From Promethearchaeota archaeon (GTDB lineage Archaea; Asgardarchaeota; Lokiarchaeia; Sigyniarchaeales; SOKP01), in the NCBI GenBank assembly GCA_008080735.1, contig SHMW01000011.1, positions 23,085 through 87,084 on the forward strand: a stretch of 64,000 nt of DNA. Reading direction: 5' to 3'. The position numbers were made by a program, and so were the translations under genes. The first letter of the stretch is position 1, and the number at the start of each line of letters is the position of its first letter. Under the pieces are notes generated by a model. That model was not told where the DNA came from and did not search any database. It was given only the letters and a program-made list of their open reading frames with translations. Of the stretch, positions 10,835 to 19,439 are shown piece after piece.

Positions 10835-11320
10835 TTATTCCTCCCTGATTATTTCAAAATACGGAATATCTCCTAAGGTCCCTTCCATCTCGTCTTTAAA
10901 GACTGCTTTCACTCTCTGACCGATTTTCATTTTATTATGGTCCTTTTCATTGATAAAATGCATAGTATAAGTATCTGCACCGTCTAATTGAAAAAGTCCA
11001 TATCCATATGGAAATGGTCTCATCCCTCCTGTTTGAGGATCTACAAATGGATAATTTACAACTGTAAAGCCTACTAAAGTACCAGTAGGAGGAACCTCAA
11101 CCATATCATCCGCAGTCATACGAACTACACATTCTGCACATACACCACGTGGAGGAAAATGCATTTTTCCACATTTAGGACATTTACTTCCAAGTAATTT
11201 CCGTTCCTTCTTAAGTGTATCAAAAAATTTTACCGATAATTTTCCTATCGCATATTTATATGGAAGGTCAGTCTTCCATCTTATTTCAAATGGTTTTTCT
11301 TTTTCATTTTTTTTTCCCAT
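10835..11320 (-). CDS. Zn-ribbon/OB-fold DUF35 (ChsH2-like) thiolase partner
   Basis: CPKCGKMHFPPRGVCAEC and IGQRVKAVF motifs. Confidence 0.92.
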   Translation of the reverse strand: MGKKNEKEKPFEIRWKTDLPYKYAIGKLSVKFFDTLKKERKLLGSKCPKCGKMHFPPRGVCAECVVRMTADDMVEVPPTGTLVGFTVVNYPFVDPQTGGMRPFPYGYGLFQLDGADTYTMHFINEKDHNKMKIGQRVKAVFKDEMEGTLGDIPYFEIIREE

Positions 11321-11327
11321 TTTTTAA

Positions 11328-12521
11328 TCACCCCGGTGGTTCATTGCCTAATATAGCTAATTCGGTCCATAATGAGCCTCCAAATCCCATCGCGAGCGCC
11401 TTTTCTGCATCTGGCACTTGTCGCTTTTCTCCCCGATCCATAACTTGTAACGCAGCTTCCGCTATTCGAACCAAAGCAGTTGCACCAATCGGATTAGTAC
11501 TTAAAACTCCTCCTGAAGGATTGACAGGTAATTCGCCGCCCATTTGAGTGATGCCTTCTCTGAGAATTTCACCACCTTTACCAGGTTCAGCAAAACCCAA
11601 AGCTTCGGTCCAAGATAATTCTGCCCAAGACGTTGGTTCATATACTTCTGCCACGTCTAAATCTTTTATTGGATCTTTTATCCCCGCCTTTTTATAAGCT
11701 TTTTTAGAGGCAAATGTGGCTGTGGGTAAATCATACATCTTATCATCGCATCCAAAGGTATAATAATGTGCAGTTGCAACGGAATGGAACCATGCTGGAT
11801 TATCTCGGATCTTTTTAGCTTCACTTTCTTTAGCATAAACCACGGCACATGCGCCCTCGCTTTGAGGACAACAATCGTGGAGTCGTAATGGGTAAGAAAT
11901 CGTTTGAGAACCCATTACATAATCCAAGGTAATATTAGGCATTTGTAAATGCGCAAAAGGATTATTCGCAGCATTACTACGATTTTTCACTGTGACCATT
12001 GCTGCTGTCTCAGGGCTCACATTATATTCATTCATATACATATTCGCCATAAGCGCAAGCGGTCCCAATGCACCTGCAAGGGAAGGGCGCTCCCACACAG
12101 GATCAAAAGCAGTAATGATACCAGTCGTTGCACCGCCTTCATTTAATTTCTCCCAGCCTACCACTAGCACTTTATCGTATATACCCGAGGCTACATTATA
12201 ATATCCACTTATCCCCAAGGAACTCCCCGTTGTACCACCAGTTGCGATTTTCACAACTGGTTTCATAAACCCGGGGGCAGCATCAATTCCACACCACATC
12301 TCTGAGAAGTTAATACCTTCGAAATGATCCATTTGGCATCTAACGTCGATAAGACGTTAAATGTTACCTATTAGAATAGCATCAATGTCTTTAGGCTCCA
12401 ATTGAGCATCATCTAAAGCCATTTTTACTGCTTCATAGACCATTTCGGGGATATTCACATCCCTCCGTTTACTTCTGAACTTGGTTTGTCCGATTCCTAC
12501 TATTCCTACTTTTTCTGGCAT
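11328..12521 (-). CDS. SCP2-thiolase-like / Ltp3-like protein, split gene: exon 1 12521-12363, exon 2 12332-11328; 387 aa after splicing
   Basis: Exon 1 encodes MPEKVGIVGIGQTKF...DIDAILIGN (53 aa, a thiolase N-terminus), with RBS GGAGGTGA and a TAATG overlap with the upstream gene. Exon 2 encodes MDHFEG...VNPSGG. The two are in the same frame, separated by 30 nt containing TAA. Confidence 0.88.
12333..12362 (-). other. putative 30-nt bulge-helix-bulge mRNA intron
   Basis: Intron AUUUAACGUCUUAUCGACGUUAGAUGCCAA. Central helix GGUA/UGCC, 3-nt bulges ACA and AAA, 9-bp intron stem. Removal at the canonical sites deletes the in-frame stop and keeps the frame. Confidence 0.82.
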
Positions 12522-13678
12522 TACTTTTCACCTCCAAAAATTAATACACAATTGCCCTGAGAACAGATTCCATTCATCCCATTTGCAAGTCCGAGATTTG
12601 CATTGGGAACTTGGCGTTTTTCAGCTTTTCCCATCAATTGAAGCGCGATCTCTGCCACGCGAATTAATCCATTTGCCATCGTGGGATTACTTGAAAGAAC
12701 ACCACCCGAAGGATTTACGGGTATGGACCCGTTCATTTCAGTTTCACCGCTATCAATAAAATTGCCTCCTTGACCTTTCTTGCAAAAGCCGAGTGCCTCA
12801 TAACTCATTAATTCATGGGTTGAAAATGCATCATAGACCTCTGCCAAGTCCAATTCTTTCTTAGGATCTGTGATTCCCGCCATTTTATATGCTTCCTTCG
12901 CTGCTCCTTCTAATCCTATCAAATCGCTCATATTTCTATGTCCTAAGTAATATGCATCTGTACAACTTGCATAACCCTTTAACCATACGGGACTATCTGT
13001 TAACTCATTTGCCTTCTCTTCATTTGCTAATAACATTGCAACCGCACCATCAGAAAACGGTGGAAAATCTAATTCTTTCAAGGGAAATGCGACCATCGGA
13101 GAATTCAATACATCCTCTAAGGAGACCGCCTCTTGAAGATGGGCATAAGGATTCGATAAGGCGTTTTTTCGATTTTTCACAACAACCTTTGCCGCCTGCT
13201 CTTCTGTCACTCCATACTTAGTCATATACATATTTGCCATCAGCCCCGCCGCAGAGATTTGGTCAAGACCAAGATGTCTTTGGAAAAACGGGTCGAAAAT
13301 ACTATTATTGATCAGATATTGGTCACCCTCTGAACATTTAGTATGGGACACCACCAAGACGGTATCATATTCTCCGGAAAGCACTCGCATAGCACCATAT
13401 ACATATGCAAAGGCGCCATCTCCCGATACTCTTGATTCTGCCTTTCGTACGGATCCAACAGCATCTTGTATCGCCATATTTGCTATCGTTCGACCATCGT
13501 TGAAATCATTAGAGCTGGAAATGACACATCCAACATCATCATTGGTTATTCCCAATTGATTATGCAACTCTTTTACCACCTCAAATACAAGCTCCGATAT
13601 GGTCAATTCGATCTTTTCCTGCTCATATTTAGATTGTGAAACACCACATATTGCTACGTTTCCTTCCATGACTTTCAC
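12521..13678 (-). CDS. SCP2-thiolase-like / Ltp4-like protein
   Basis: VAICGVSQ, KNRKNA..NPYAH, SDGAVA, EVYDAF and VNPSGG motifs; probable true start is ATG 13669. Confidence 0.9.
   Translation of the reverse strand: MKVMEGNVAICGVSQSKYEQEKIELTISELVFEVVKELHNQLGITNDDVGCVISSSNDFNDGRTIANMAIQDAVGSVRKAESRVSGDGAFAYVYGAMRVLSGEYDTVLVVSHTKCSEGDQYLINNSIFDPFFQRHLGLDQISAAGLMANMYMTKYGVTEEQAAKVVVKNRKNALSNPYAHLQEAVSLEDVLNSPMVAFPLKELDFPPFSDGAVAMLLANEEKANELTDSPVWLKGYASCTDAYYLGHRNMSDLIGLEGAAKEAYKMAGITDPKKELDLAEVYDAFSTHELMSYEALGFCKKGQGGNFIDSGETEMNGSIPVNPSGGVLSSNPTMANGLIRVAEIALQLMGKAEKRQVPNANLGLANGMNGICSQGNCVLIFGGEK
12528..12535 (-). promoter_or_regulatory. Shine-Dalgarno site for exon 1 of the split thiolase
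   Basis: GGAGGTGA on the minus strand, 6 nt before ATG 12521. Confidence 0.7.
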
Positions 13679-13757
13679 TTTTAATATATAATTTAATTTA
13701 TGTAATTTTGTTATTAATTGGAATTTATAGTAAATACTTTAATATGCAACTCAGAAA

Positions 13758-13771
13758 TATTTAAAGCTTTC
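13758..13771 (-). promoter_or_regulatory. candidate BRE-TATA promoter of thiolase cassette 1
   Basis: Minus strand GAAAGC TTTAAATA about 80-90 nt upstream of the gene; the AT-rich context lowers specificity. Confidence 0.35.
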
Positions 13772-13890
13772 ATCCAGTTTTTATTTAATTTTGATCAAAT
13801 ATCATAGATTATCTAACAAATAATATAGGACGCTTGAATATCAGCTCAATTCTCACTAAACAGAACTTCTAATTTTGAATAAGGATTTTT

Positions 13891-13916
13891 TCAAAAACGA
13901 AAATCAAAAACGAAAA
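13891..13916 (+). repeat. 13-nt tandem repeat TCAAAAACGAAAA x2 directly before a TATA-like TTATAAATA
   Basis: Read directly; lies upstream of the crotonase gene. Confidence 0.7.
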
Positions 13917-13990
13917 TTATAAATAAACTAAGAATTAATGCTATTTCACCAGTCATTAGTAGCATTGAAAAACAATAATAACTCATTAAT

Positions 13991-14812
13991 ATGAATGTCG
14001 AAGATTTTGAAGATGTAAAATATGATAAAGAGGATAACGGTATTTGCACCGCAATGATAAGCAGACCAGAGAGGAGAAATGCGGTTTCTTATGTGACCTT
14101 CCTTGAAATATATACCGTATTAGAAGATATGGAACAAGATAAAAACGCAAAAGTTTTAATCATTACGGGGGATCCCAAGGGAAATGCTTTTACCTCGGGA
14201 GGTTATTTTGAACCAAATTTTTTCGAAAAAGTACATAAGGATATAAGGGCGGAAATTAACTTAATGGATATTGCCCAAAAGCGCACCTGCATGAGATTTT
14301 GGGAATTCTCTAAACCGGTAATCGCTGCAATTAACGGGATGGCAATTGGAGGGGGCATCTCTATGCCTTTAGCAGGTGCCGATCTGATCTATATGGCAGA
14401 AGATGCGTGGTTAGGGTTCTATTTTTCAAAACGAGCCATAATTGGAGAATTTGGGATGAATTTTCTTTTACCCTTCTATTTGGGATTCCAAAAAGCGAAA
14501 GAAATCCTGTATTTCGGAAAAAAAATAACTGCCAAACAGGCATATGAACTAGGTTTGGTCAATAAAGTTCTCCCTACAGATGAATTAATGTCTTTTACTC
14601 GTACACAGGCTTTAAAGCTGATACCGCCGAAAGCTCCTACTAAGTCTATTAACTTAATGAAAAAAATTATGCATAATTATTTTAGACCTATATTGGACCA
14701 GACTCTTGATTTAGAAAATCGCGGTTTAAGGAAAACGTTCCGTTCGAAAGATTTTAGAGAATCAATGAATGCTTTGAAAGAAAAACGAGAACCTCATTTT
14801 ATTGGAAAATAA
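13991..14812 (+). CDS. enoyl-CoA hydratase/isomerase (crotonase) family protein
   Basis: RPERRNA, KPVIAAINGMAIGGG, A.ELGLVNKV and EKREPHFIGK motifs. Confidence 0.92.
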   Translation: MNVEDFEDVKYDKEDNGICTAMISRPERRNAVSYVTFLEIYTVLEDMEQDKNAKVLIITGDPKGNAFTSGGYFEPNFFEKVHKDIRAEINLMDIAQKRTCMRFWEFSKPVIAAINGMAIGGGISMPLAGADLIYMAEDAWLGFYFSKRAIIGEFGMNFLLPFYLGFQKAKEILYFGKKITAKQAYELGLVNKVLPTDELMSFTRTQALKLIPPKAPTKSINLMKKIMHNYFRPILDQTLDLENRGLRKTFRSKDFRESMNALKEKREPHFIGK

Positions 14813-15114
14813 AATATTTAGCTTCAGATTTTATCCCTTTTTATATTTGAAGATATAAATCTTTATAGTTTTATTTTATAAAAAGAATTATTTAGATCTG
14901 AGCTTACTATCTGGAATTAATTCAAAAATTTCTCATTTTCGTAATCTTTTCGATATAATCTTGGAATACTCTAAAGAGTGTGTTAATTTTATACTAAAAA
15001 CTAAAAGAATCAATAATAAACCATATTTATATGGAAATAACTTTCGATCTCGATCGATAAGATGAAAATTTATATAGGAAACTATCAATATTAATTGTTA
15101 CAAATTGATTAAAA

Positions 15115-16857
15115 GTGAAAAAAATGACACAAGAACAAACATCTAAATATGCCCAAAGATTTTGGAAAAAGAATTGGGACGAAGGATTGGAAGACTTAGC
15201 CTATGAGGAATATAATAAAACATTTCTTGAATTCATTTCACCAACTTTTCAAGATTTCCCCAATGTTATGGCGTATGCTTACTTAGGTATCGAACATACA
15301 TTCAGAGAACTGGATGAGTTCTCTAATAAATTTGCGAATATGCTCTTAGATCAAGGATTTAAAAAGGGAGATATAGTAGGAATTAATCTTCCCAATACTC
15401 CCGAATATCTCATTTCGGTAATTGGGACTCTTAAGGCAGGGTGTATAGTCTCTGGGATCTCTCCTCTATTATCTGCAGTACAAGTTCAATATCAGCTAAA
15501 TGATTTAGGGGCAAAAGACAAAAAAGTTGCTTTAGTTACTCTTGATGCCGCATTCGAAGCAAATATAATGAAGATCGCAAACAAAATTGAACGCACTGAG
15601 CTTATTATTACAACGAGTGTTGCTGGCTTTTTGCCAGGGTGGAAACGATTTTTAGGTAAATTATTGGGGAAAGTGCCAAAAGGGAAAGTCGTCCCTATCC
15701 CCGGGAAGACTGTATTTGATTTTCATAACGATGTATTGGCAAATTACCCCTCAATAAGTGTAAATGTTGATTTGACTCCAGATGATGTGGGATGGATACA
15801 ATACACAGGTGGAACTACTGGTCCGCCCAAGGGTGCGATGCTTACACATAGAAATTGTGTACATAATATAAAATCAGTCACTACATGGTTACATTGGAAA
15901 CGGAACCAAGGCATCTTGTTATCTGGGTTTCCAATGTTCCATATCGCGGGGCTTACACTGGCAGAAGCCGGTCCTTCATTGGCAATCCCCCAAATTTTAA
16001 TTCCAAATCCACGAGACACCGCCCATATTGTTGAAGAGATGAAAAAATATGATGTCACCAATTTGGTTAATGTCCCGTCTCTATATCAGATGTTAATGAA
16101 AGAAGAAGAATTCCAAGAAATGGATCACTCTAATTTAGGTATATGTATCTCAGCAGCAGCGCCTTTTCCCAAAGAATCTCAAGTTGAGTTGGAAAAAATC
16201 ATCGGAAAAGAAAAACTATTAGAACTTTACGGAATGACAGAGACCTCCCCTGTTAGTACGATGAATCCAGCGAGAAAAGAGAAAAAGCTTGGAACTGTAG
16301 GAATGCCATTTTTAAATGTAGAATGCAAAATCGTTAATCCCCAAACCAATGAATTAGTTCCCATTGGAGAAGCGGGTGAAATATGTATCGGTGGCCCATT
16401 AGTTATGAAGGGATATTATAATAAACCAGAAGAGACCAAAAACGCGATTGATTCAGATGGTTTCATGCATACGGGGGATGTAGGTATTATGGACAAAGAT
16501 GGATATATTCGAATTGTTGATAGGACAAAAGATATGATAAACGTGGGAGGATATAAAGTATTTTCGAGTAAAGTTGAGGATGAACTATCAAAACACCCCG
16601 CCATTGATATGATGGCATTAATCGGCATTCCTCAGCCAGATAGACCGGGTTCGGAAATCGTCAAGGCCTATATACAAATCCATCCTGATTATCAATATCA
16701 AAGTGAAGACTCATTGAAGAAAGAAATCTTGGAATATGCTAATGAAATATTGGCTCCGTATGAAATTCCCAAGGAGATCCAATTCACAAAAGAGATTCCC
16801 CTCACGGCCGTAGGAAAAATTGATAAAAAAGTTCTTCGAAAAGAAGCAAGTGAATAA
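15115..16857 (+). CDS. long-chain acyl-CoA synthetase (AMP-binding)
   Basis: YTGGTTGPPKG, YGMTETSP, TGDVG, DRTKDMI and PLTAVGKIDK motifs; probable start is ATG 15124. Confidence 0.93.
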   Translation: MKKMTQEQTSKYAQRFWKKNWDEGLEDLAYEEYNKTFLEFISPTFQDFPNVMAYAYLGIEHTFRELDEFSNKFANMLLDQGFKKGDIVGINLPNTPEYLISVIGTLKAGCIVSGISPLLSAVQVQYQLNDLGAKDKKVALVTLDAAFEANIMKIANKIERTELIITTSVAGFLPGWKRFLGKLLGKVPKGKVVPIPGKTVFDFHNDVLANYPSISVNVDLTPDDVGWIQYTGGTTGPPKGAMLTHRNCVHNIKSVTTWLHWKRNQGILLSGFPMFHIAGLTLAEAGPSLAIPQILIPNPRDTAHIVEEMKKYDVTNLVNVPSLYQMLMKEEEFQEMDHSNLGICISAAAPFPKESQVELEKIIGKEKLLELYGMTETSPVSTMNPARKEKKLGTVGMPFLNVECKIVNPQTNELVPIGEAGEICIGGPLVMKGYYNKPEETKNAIDSDGFMHTGDVGIMDKDGYIRIVDRTKDMINVGGYKVFSSKVEDELSKHPAIDMMALIGIPQPDRPGSEIVKAYIQIHPDYQYQSEDSLKKEILEYANEILAPYEIPKEIQFTKEIPLTAVGKIDKKVLRKEASE

Positions 16858-16996
16858 AACTTTAAATCTATTTTTTTTTTATTTTTGTTAATATCGCATT
16901 ATCATTCTCACAGTGGTGAGTGAAGAGATTTTTAAATATCTCTGGAAGAAATACAAAAATGATGGATAAAACTTTGACAAGAAATAGTATTGGAGG

Positions 16997-17206
16997 GTGG
17001 CTATGAAAAAATCGTGGAAATTCATTATCTATACTATTTTATTCGTATCTCTTTATCTTATTTTTGAAATTTTCTTGGATATCACAATTTTTCCTCGCAA
17101 TGAAGATCTAGTCGTTATTTTTGCCTTTATCCTCTTTCTAATTTTACGTCTTTTAATAGTGGCTATATTTATCTATTTATTTTATCGAAATTATATAAAA
17201 GGGTAA
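16997..17206 (+). CDS. small two-TM membrane protein
   Basis: Two hydrophobic segments; RBS GGAGG upstream; probable start 17003. Confidence 0.6.
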   Translation: MAMKKSWKFIIYTILFVSLYLIFEIFLDITIFPRNEDLVVIFAFILFLILRLLIVAIFIYLFYRNYIKG

Positions 17207-17400
17207 TTAATTTTTATTTCAATTTATTTTTACGCAATATTCTGCCTTTTTCTCCTTCTCAATTTTTATATTAATACGAAATCGAATATGAATGGTGATA
17301 ATTTTTTTAAAATTTAAATAGGTAGTCAGAGAATATTTTATTTAACATATATACAAATAATTCAAATATTTGTAAATCCAAAAATAAAGAGTGAGAAAAT

Positions 17401-18291
17401 ATGGTTCACAGAACAGATAATTTGGTAATCTCTGCGGCACTTGCTGGTGCGGTTACCCGAAAAGATCAAAATGAAGCAGTTCCCTATACTCCTGAGGAAT
17501 TTGGAGATGAAGCAAAAAGATGCTATGATGCGGGAGCCGCAATTGTGCATATTCATGCCAGAGATGAACAAGGATTACCAACTCCAGACTTAGATATCAT
17601 TCGAGAAACTTTAGAAAATATTAAAAAAAAAGCCCCCGACATTATAATTAACCTTAGTACTGCTATAAGTATTAATGCAACCGATAGGGAGAGGATTAAA
17701 CCTGTACGCACCTTTAAACCACCTTTAGCCTCTTTAAATACGAACTCCATGAACTTTTCAGTTGCAAACTGGAAAACAGGAGAAGTTGTAATGGCTGCCG
17801 ATAATGTATTTACAAACACCTTCAAGACAATCCAACGATTTGCCAGCTATATGCAAAAAGCGGGAACTAAGCCCGAAATGGAGATATACGATATGGGTGG
17901 ATTGTATAATATGCTACTTCTGGATAAGCAAGAGGGCATGTTTGATCATCCATTACATTTCCAATGTGTGTTTGGTGTTTGCGGAGGTATCCCTTTCACG
18001 CCAATGAATTTTGCCCACTTCCTTAGTGTCATGCCTGAGGATGCGACATGGAGCGTATGTGGTGTCGCGAATCAACAGTTTCAAGCGGCTCTGTCAGCAA
18101 TCGGATGGGGTGGTCATGTCAGAGTTGGTTTAGAAGATAACATCCGGATGCCGAATGGAGATCTAGCAAAAGGGAGTTGGGAACAAGTTGCCTGGGCGAA
18201 GCAAATGGCGGAAAAAGCAGGTAGAAATGTAGTTCAAGGAGAAGAAGCACGTAAGGAGTTCAATATCAAAAATAAAGAAGTTACCCTCTAA
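17401..18291 (+). CDS. beta-keto acid cleavage enzyme (BKACE / 3-keto-5-aminohexanoate cleavage family)
   Basis: VPYTPEE, AGAAIVHIHAR, KPEMEIYD and GGHVRVGLEDN motifs. Confidence 0.92.
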   Translation: MVHRTDNLVISAALAGAVTRKDQNEAVPYTPEEFGDEAKRCYDAGAAIVHIHARDEQGLPTPDLDIIRETLENIKKKAPDIIINLSTAISINATDRERIKPVRTFKPPLASLNTNSMNFSVANWKTGEVVMAADNVFTNTFKTIQRFASYMQKAGTKPEMEIYDMGGLYNMLLLDKQEGMFDHPLHFQCVFGVCGGIPFTPMNFAHFLSVMPEDATWSVCGVANQQFQAALSAIGWGGHVRVGLEDNIRMPNGDLAKGSWEQVAWAKQMAEKAGRNVVQGEEARKEFNIKNKEVTL

Positions 18292-18412
18292 AAAAAATCT
18301 TATTATCATTTATTTTTTTTAATTTAATCTCATTTTTTAGAAGTATTCGTCTAATTAACTGCTAAGTTATAAAGAATTAGAAATAAAAAAAATAAAATAT
18401 TATCTTAAAAAT

Positions 18413-18892
18413 TTAGATTTCTTCGAAATAGAGAATATCTTTTATTACCCCCTCTCGTCGTTCTTTTGGTTTTAAAACCGCTTTAACTTTCGCTCCAATA
18501 TGATCTTTATCTGGGTCTGTGGTCTTTATGATTCCTAACATCGCTCCATCTGTTTTTTCTATATCGATGAGAGCCACCATTTTTGGAGTTTTCATCTTTT
18601 TACCATGTGCGTTAATCGTTGCAGTTGTGAATAATCGTATAGTCCCTTGTGCGGGAACTTCAGTCCAATTTTCATCTGGAATTTCCACGAAACAATCTTC
18701 GCAATAAAGTCGAGGTGGGAAAAAGATTTTCTCACATTTTGGACATATGGTGGCAAGAAATGAATCATTTCCTTTCAAATGCTTAAAGAATTTATCACCC
18801 GCAACACCACTAGGATAAAGATAATCTGCTTGCATGTTTCCTCTCCAATGCGTTGGAGCCGTTGGATCGGTCTGTTTTTCTGTGAAAGTCAT
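18413..18892 (-). CDS. Zn-ribbon/OB-fold DUF35 protein
   Basis: CPKCEKIFFPPRLYCEDC, IGAKVKAV and REG..KDI motifs. Confidence 0.9.
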   Translation of the reverse strand: MTFTEKQTDPTAPTHWRGNMQADYLYPSGVAGDKFFKHLKGNDSFLATICPKCEKIFFPPRLYCEDCFVEIPDENWTEVPAQGTIRLFTTATINAHGKKMKTPKMVALIDIEKTDGAMLGIIKTTDPDKDHIGAKVKAVLKPKERREGVIKDILYFEEI

Positions 18893-18894
18893 TA

Positions 18895-19434
18895 CTATTC
18901 ACCTCCTCTTAACGGTTTGAAATATTTGATATCTGTTATTGAACCTTCTCGCTCCTCTTCTGGCTTCCAAACTGCTTTAACTTTCATGCCGATATGAATC
19001 TCATCTTTAGACATCTCTCCGAAATAATGCATAAAACCCATCGGATCAGGACGAGCACCATCTATTGAAATTACACCGATAAGGATTGGGTCCTCAATAC
19101 GATTCGCGTTCGGGTCTAAGTATGAGATTGAATAGGTATTAATCGTTCCCGTATCCTTTAATTCAACCCAACCTTCAGTTGGTCCATAACAATATTCACA
19201 GAAGCTTCTGGGTGGGGTAATAACTCTATCACATTTATGACAATTGACCCCCAAGATTTTTCCTTCTTTAAGCCCTTGTAGGAATTTTGAATACGCAGGT
19301 CCTAAACTCCAACTATATTGGATTTCGGGTTCCCACCATGTATAAGTGATATTTTTTTGGTAAATATCCTTTGTACCTACATGTGTTCCAGGAGCATATG
19401 GAGGACTACTTTTATTATCTTCTTTTTTTTCCAT
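18895..19434 (-). CDS. Zn-ribbon/OB-fold DUF35 protein
   Basis: CHKCDRVITPPRSFCEYC and IGMKVKAVWK..REGSITDI motifs; start corrected to ATG 19434 (RBS GAGGTGA), since the longer ORF overlaps the upstream gene. Confidence 0.9.
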   Translation of the reverse strand: MEKKEDNKSSPPYAPGTHVGTKDIYQKNITYTWWEPEIQYSWSLGPAYSKFLQGLKEGKILGVNCHKCDRVITPPRSFCEYCYGPTEGWVELKDTGTINTYSISYLDPNANRIEDPILIGVISIDGARPDPMGFMHYFGEMSKDEIHIGMKVKAVWKPEEEREGSITDIKYFKPLRGGE

Positions 19435-19439
19435 TTTTT

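Noticed and set aside
11328-12332. 334-aa ORF as a complete gene, or the locus as a simple nonsense pseudogene
   Set aside because: It lacks the thiolase N-terminus, which sits intact and in frame 30 nt upstream. A point nonsense mutation would not explain the extra codons that form an exact BHB motif.
12357-12359. Selenocysteine/pyrrolysine recoding or stop read-through
   Set aside because: The stop is TAA, not TGA or TAG, and read-through would leave a 10-residue insertion in a conserved motif.
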